NCBI GenBank assembly: GCA_045605805.1
Contig: JAZUQR010000010.1
Location: forward strand, 1-64,000
DNA from: Alphaproteobacteria bacterium
GTDB taxonomy: Bacteria > Pseudomonadota > Alphaproteobacteria > CAAHEQ01 > UBA3637
Direction of reading: 5' to 3'
DNA length: 64,000 bases
Position numbers and translations under genes: made by a program. The notes below the pieces were generated by a model. That model made no database searches. It worked only from the letters and a program-made list of their open reading frames with translations, and was not told where the DNA came from. Of the stretch, positions 60,460 to 64,000 are shown one piece after another. Position 1 is the stretch's first letter, and the number at the start of each line of letters is the position of its first letter.

Positions 60460-62501
60460 TTTCCTTCTCCTTTTTTTGTTTTTATCACACGACTTTTTGG
60501 GAAAATCAACACCATTTTTGTCCCTTCTCCCTGTTTGCTGAACAATTCTACCTTCCCTTGATAAGATTCCACCAATTTTTTGATTAAAACCAATCCCAAA
60601 CCGCTTCCTTTATGTTCCTTTGTCATGACATTTTCAACTTGAACAAATGGTTGAAACAAGGTTTTCAGTTTATCCTTTGGAATCCCAATGCCGTTATCTT
60701 TAATCACAATGCGTAAATTATGTTCTGAATTTGTACGGGCAGATATTTCAATTATCCCATTTTCATTTGTGAACTTTACCGAATTAGACAAGATATTCAA
60801 AAAGATTTGGCGCATAGATCTATCTTCGGCTTTAAGCAGTATTTTTTCCGGCACTTTAATGATATATTGTTTTTCATTGCCCTGTGGATAACCTTTAATA
60901 ATTTCAACCGTTTCCTTTATCAACTTATTTAAGGAAAGGTCGGTTTCAATGCGTTTTTGTCGTTGCGATTCCACGGCCGACAAATCCAGCACATCATTTA
61001 TCAAAGACAACAGATATTTTCCACTTGTGTAAATATAGCGGTTATATTCTTTATAGCGTTCATTTTCCATGGGGCCAAATGTTTCTGTTTGAATGGCCTC
61101 CGAAAACCCCAAAATCGCATTCAACGGGGTGCGTAATTCATGGCTGACGCTGGCCAAAAACTCACTTTTTACACGATTTGCCTCTTCGGCTTGATTACGA
61201 GCCACAATTAAATCTTTCACAACGCCATTCATTTCTTTGGCTTGCTTTTTCAAAATGCGCCGACTTTTTTCCAACTCTGTGACTTGCTCTTTTAACTTTT
61301 TGGCATTCTTTGCCAATGTGATTTTATTTTGCCTACGCAATCTGGATGCTCCAATAGATTGAAAGACCTCATTAAACAATTGATTCAACCGTTGCAATAA
61401 TCGGGTGGAAAAAAAGTTCCTCTCGGATCCATAAAGTGTTATCACACCTTCCAATTGATGATTGATGATTATTGGAAAGGCACAGGTTGATTGTGGCACT
61501 TCTTTTGTTGTGTTGCGTAAAAACGAATAATACGGTAATGGGGATAAATCATCATAGCTGGCACATTTTTTTGTTTTAATCGCTTTGGCAACGGCCGATG
61601 TTTTCACTTCATTATCCCTTAAATCAAAGCGAGATGGTATTTTATTAAACTTGCCATCCGAATAAACTATATGCGGTTCAACATAGTGATCTTTCAGGGT
61701 TAAAATACCCGCCAGAGTCAAATTATATGTTTGCCCGATACTTTTTAACATTTTACTTATCTGTTTCTTTTCGTCTTCTGTATCCTTTAAGAAATGGAAC
61801 AACTTTAATGAATGAAAAACCACATCATAATATCGTTCCATTACCATATTTTGGTGTTCTGCCATCGCATCGGCAACGCTCCATAACACACCTTGTTCCG
61901 GATGATGTGTTTTCAAACAAATGCCCGACAAATGAACCGGAGCCAACACCCCTTCACGCCTTATAAATACTTTTTTTGCATAACTTTGTTTGGATTGAAG
62001 GGCTTTGACAATATCCATCATTTTCTTTGGCAGGCCCACCTTTGGAAATGCTCGTTCCAATTCATCCAGATTGGTTATCTGCTCTGGTATCAGCTGTTGC
62101 ATTTCTGTGTTGGCCCACACCACTTTTGAGTTTTTTGTAATTGCCAGAGGGATGTGGATTCTTTTTAACGCCGAATAAAATTGTTTCAAATCATGTTCCA
62201 AAGCTCGTTTCTCGTTTGATAAGTCTCGCCATCGTTTGTCTATAAACAAATCGGCCACAACATTTGGTACTGTATAGACCAAACGGATAATGACAAAAAT
62301 TAAAAAACTTAAAAATCCAATCAAGCTGACAAACAATAGCCAGCGAGCTGTTATCTGGTACCACAAAAACGACATTGTGACAGGACGAGAAAAAAAGGCA
62401 CTTGCCCACAGATACACCAAAATACAAGCCAACACCAATGCGATGCCAACCAATTGACCCAAATAAGCTATTTGCGCAAATCTGTTTTTACGGCTCATCA
62501 T
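60456..62501 (-). CDS. Membrane sensor histidine kinase (2TM-PAS-like-GAF-HisKA-HATPase; PleC/DivJ-type H box)
   Basis: KSEFLASVSHELRTPLNAILGFSE, NILSNSVKFT, DNGIGI, GSGLGL. Confidence 0.92.
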   Translation of the reverse strand: MMSRKNRFAQIAYLGQLVGIALVLACILVYLWASAFFSRPVTMSFLWYQITARWLLFVSLIGFLSFLIFVIIRLVYTVPNVVADLFIDKRWRDLSNEKRALEHDLKQFYSALKRIHIPLAITKNSKVVWANTEMQQLIPEQITNLDELERAFPKVGLPKKMMDIVKALQSKQSYAKKVFIRREGVLAPVHLSGICLKTHHPEQGVLWSVADAMAEHQNMVMERYYDVVFHSLKLFHFLKDTEDEKKQISKMLKSIGQTYNLTLAGILTLKDHYVEPHIVYSDGKFNKIPSRFDLRDNEVKTSAVAKAIKTKKCASYDDLSPLPYYSFLRNTTKEVPQSTCAFPIIINHQLEGVITLYGSERNFFSTRLLQRLNQLFNEVFQSIGASRLRRQNKITLAKNAKKLKEQVTELEKSRRILKKQAKEMNGVVKDLIVARNQAEEANRVKSEFLASVSHELRTPLNAILGFSEAIQTETFGPMENERYKEYNRYIYTSGKYLLSLINDVLDLSAVESQRQKRIETDLSLNKLIKETVEIIKGYPQGNEKQYIIKVPEKILLKAEDRSMRQIFLNILSNSVKFTNENGIIEISARTNSEHNLRIVIKDNGIGIPKDKLKTLFQPFVQVENVMTKEHKGSGLGLVLIKKLVESYQGKVELFSKQGEGTKMVLIFPKSRVIKTKKGEGK

Positions 62502-62578
62502 TTTTTATCCTCTTTTGATACTTTACTCTCAAAAATGGAAAAATGCACGCAAAAAATCAACCTAAATCTATTTTATTC

Positions 62579-63130
62579 TTAAAACACATAGCGCCAACCT
62601 ATGTAGGCAAAATGATGTTTTGTTTTGATTGTTCCCAACGGCGTTTTCAAATCTCCAACATCCAAAAAGCGATAGCCGATATCTATATTGACGGCATTAC
62701 TAAGATTCCAAGTGACACCACCCCCTATGTTCCATGCCGTGCCTTTTCTATCCTCACGATAAACATTTTTGACTTTTACCTTTGTTTCGTGACGACCAAT
62801 ACCGGCATTCACATACGGACGAATGGGTGATTTGAACGGAATATCATAATACACCTGTGCCATCATTGTATCGGTGGATTGTTCATATTTTTCATGTTCA
62901 GCTTTTGTTGAAAATGTATATTCAGCCTCTATACGAAAATGGCGAATTCTTAACCCAAGCGCAAACGCAAAAGGAACCACTATATCTTCTGCTGTTGTCT
63001 TTTTTTGCTTCATTTCGGTACGCATTACACCGGTTTTTGTTCCAATATACACCCCGCTTCTGAGTGGACGAGCCATGGCGGTTGTGGCAGACATCATGAC
63101 AATCAACATCAAGCAGATTATTTTTTTCAT
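62579..63130 (-). CDS. Small outer-membrane beta-barrel (opacity-like family)
   Basis: Signal peptide, RIEAEY, RPYVNAGIG, AWNIGGG, IDIGYRFLDVG, C-terminal WRYVF. Confidence 0.85.
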   Translation of the reverse strand: MKKIICLMLIVMMSATTAMARPLRSGVYIGTKTGVMRTEMKQKKTTAEDIVVPFAFALGLRIRHFRIEAEYTFSTKAEHEKYEQSTDTMMAQVYYDIPFKSPIRPYVNAGIGRHETKVKVKNVYREDRKGTAWNIGGGVTWNLSNAVNIDIGYRFLDVGDLKTPLGTIKTKHHFAYIGWRYVF

Positions 63131-63204
63131 GTTTTCTCCTTTTTTGTTTTTAGGATAAACAAACATCTATTCCTTGTCAAACAGTTTTTTTTCAGTCTGG
63201 TTGT

Positions 63205-63459
63205 TTATTCTGTCATTCCCAACAATTTTTTATATTCGTCACGCAAAAATTCGGTTTCCGCACGATCAGCAGGATCCATCTTGCGCAAACGCAAAACCTG
63301 ACGCATCACTTTAACATCAAAGCCTGCCCCTTTTGCTTCGGCATAGATTTCACGAATATCAGCCGCCAATTCACGCTTTTCTTCTTCCAAGCGTTCAATA
63401 CGGTCAATAAATGTATTCAATTTACCTGCATCACTTGTGACGCTTACTTCTTCTGTCAT
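63205..63459 (-). CDS. gapR: GapR-family nucleoid protein (DUF2312)
   Basis: LNTFIDRIERLEEEK..LAADIREIYAEAKGAGFDVKVMRQV. Confidence 0.92.
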   Translation of the reverse strand: MTEEVSVTSDAGKLNTFIDRIERLEEEKRELAADIREIYAEAKGAGFDVKVMRQVLRLRKMDPADRAETEFLRDEYKKLLGMTE

Positions 63460-63482
63460 TTTTCCCCCTTCTTTTTATATGA

Positions 63483-64000
63483 CTATTTCACTGTTTTTAC
63501 AGCCAATGCTACCGCTGTATTCAAGTCAGTTTCGGAACACAGCCCCAATGTCACAGGGTTGCGGGCTTGAATGTTGTGGTAATTTTTATGTGTTTTTTCA
63601 CGCATTGATACAATTGTGGCCTTGGTTGTTTTAACCAATTTCACAATTTGAGCATCAGATAATTCAGGATGATTTTTTACCAGCCACAGCACACCCGCCG
63701 GACGAGCCAATCTTTTAGATTGTGACACATAGCGTGACCCTTTGCTAAGCAGCCGGTCAATTTCAGGATGTGTGGACAATTCCAATTCGGCTTTTTCGTC
63801 TTTTTCACACCGATGAATTTCATCCCATGTCAATTGTTCATTCATAATCGGATCCAGCCCACGAATGTTAGATGCCACATCTCCATCAGCAATGGCTTGA
63901 ACTTCCAAAGTATGCATTCCGCAAAAATCGGCAATTTGCTTAAAAGTTAATCCTGTATTTTCAACCAACCATACGGCTGTTGCTTTTGGCATCAATGGTA
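63483..64000 (-). CDS. trcR: DUF1013 protein (TrcR family); 5' end probably just outside the window
   Basis: PLMPKATAVWLVENTGLTF.QIADFC, HPELSDAQI, NPVTLGLCS. Confidence 0.88.
   Translation of the reverse strand, partial: PLMPKATAVWLVENTGLTFKQIADFCGMHTLEVQAIADGDVASNIRGLDPIMNEQLTWDEIHRCEKDEKAELELSTHPEIDRLLSKGSRYVSQSKRLARPAGVLWLVKNHPELSDAQIVKLVKTTKATIVSMREKTHKNYHNIQARNPVTLGLCSETDLNTAVALAVKTVK

Overview
Compact, AT-rich chromosome segment from a genome-reduced alphaproteobacterium. GapR/DUF2312, DUF1013/TrcR, a DivL-like PAS protein, hdaA and the plsX-ihfA-MerR order support this assignment. The G|RSMVE prepilin-like proteins suggest an uncultured host-associated lineage (inference). Most of the window is housekeeping: tuf with tRNA-Tyr/Gly, rnr, rph, grpE, gpmI, plsX, ligA, recN, bamD, ssb, gyrA, groESL, aas, lipid A genes, ftsK, lolA. 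The accessory signal is concentrated in four places. (1) Two type IV prepilin-like, Cys-rich modular surface proteins (56-1531, 7929-9356) share a ~90% identical 5' DNA block and an identical 20-nt terminator core. One carries a Hedgehog-type Hint autoprocessing domain; the other has a stop codon inside its prepilin leader. (2) A ~215-nt highly structured leader (7715-7928) precedes the Hint-pilin. It has mutually exclusive helices, an attenuator, and short boxes complementary to an upstream site and to the RBS region, an architecture resembling phage P1 C4 / P4 CI antisense RNAs. (3) A ~0.95-kb att-flanked islet at tRNA-Thr holds a GNAT gene and an unannotated 33-aa radical-SAM remnant. (4) A 116-bp insertion between groES and groEL duplicates the groEL RBS and start. 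Syntenic gaps (hrcA, fabH, purMN) and degenerate proteins (dead Asd paralog, kinase-less DivL) point to reductive evolution. All family assignments come from motif recognition by eye; no database search was run.
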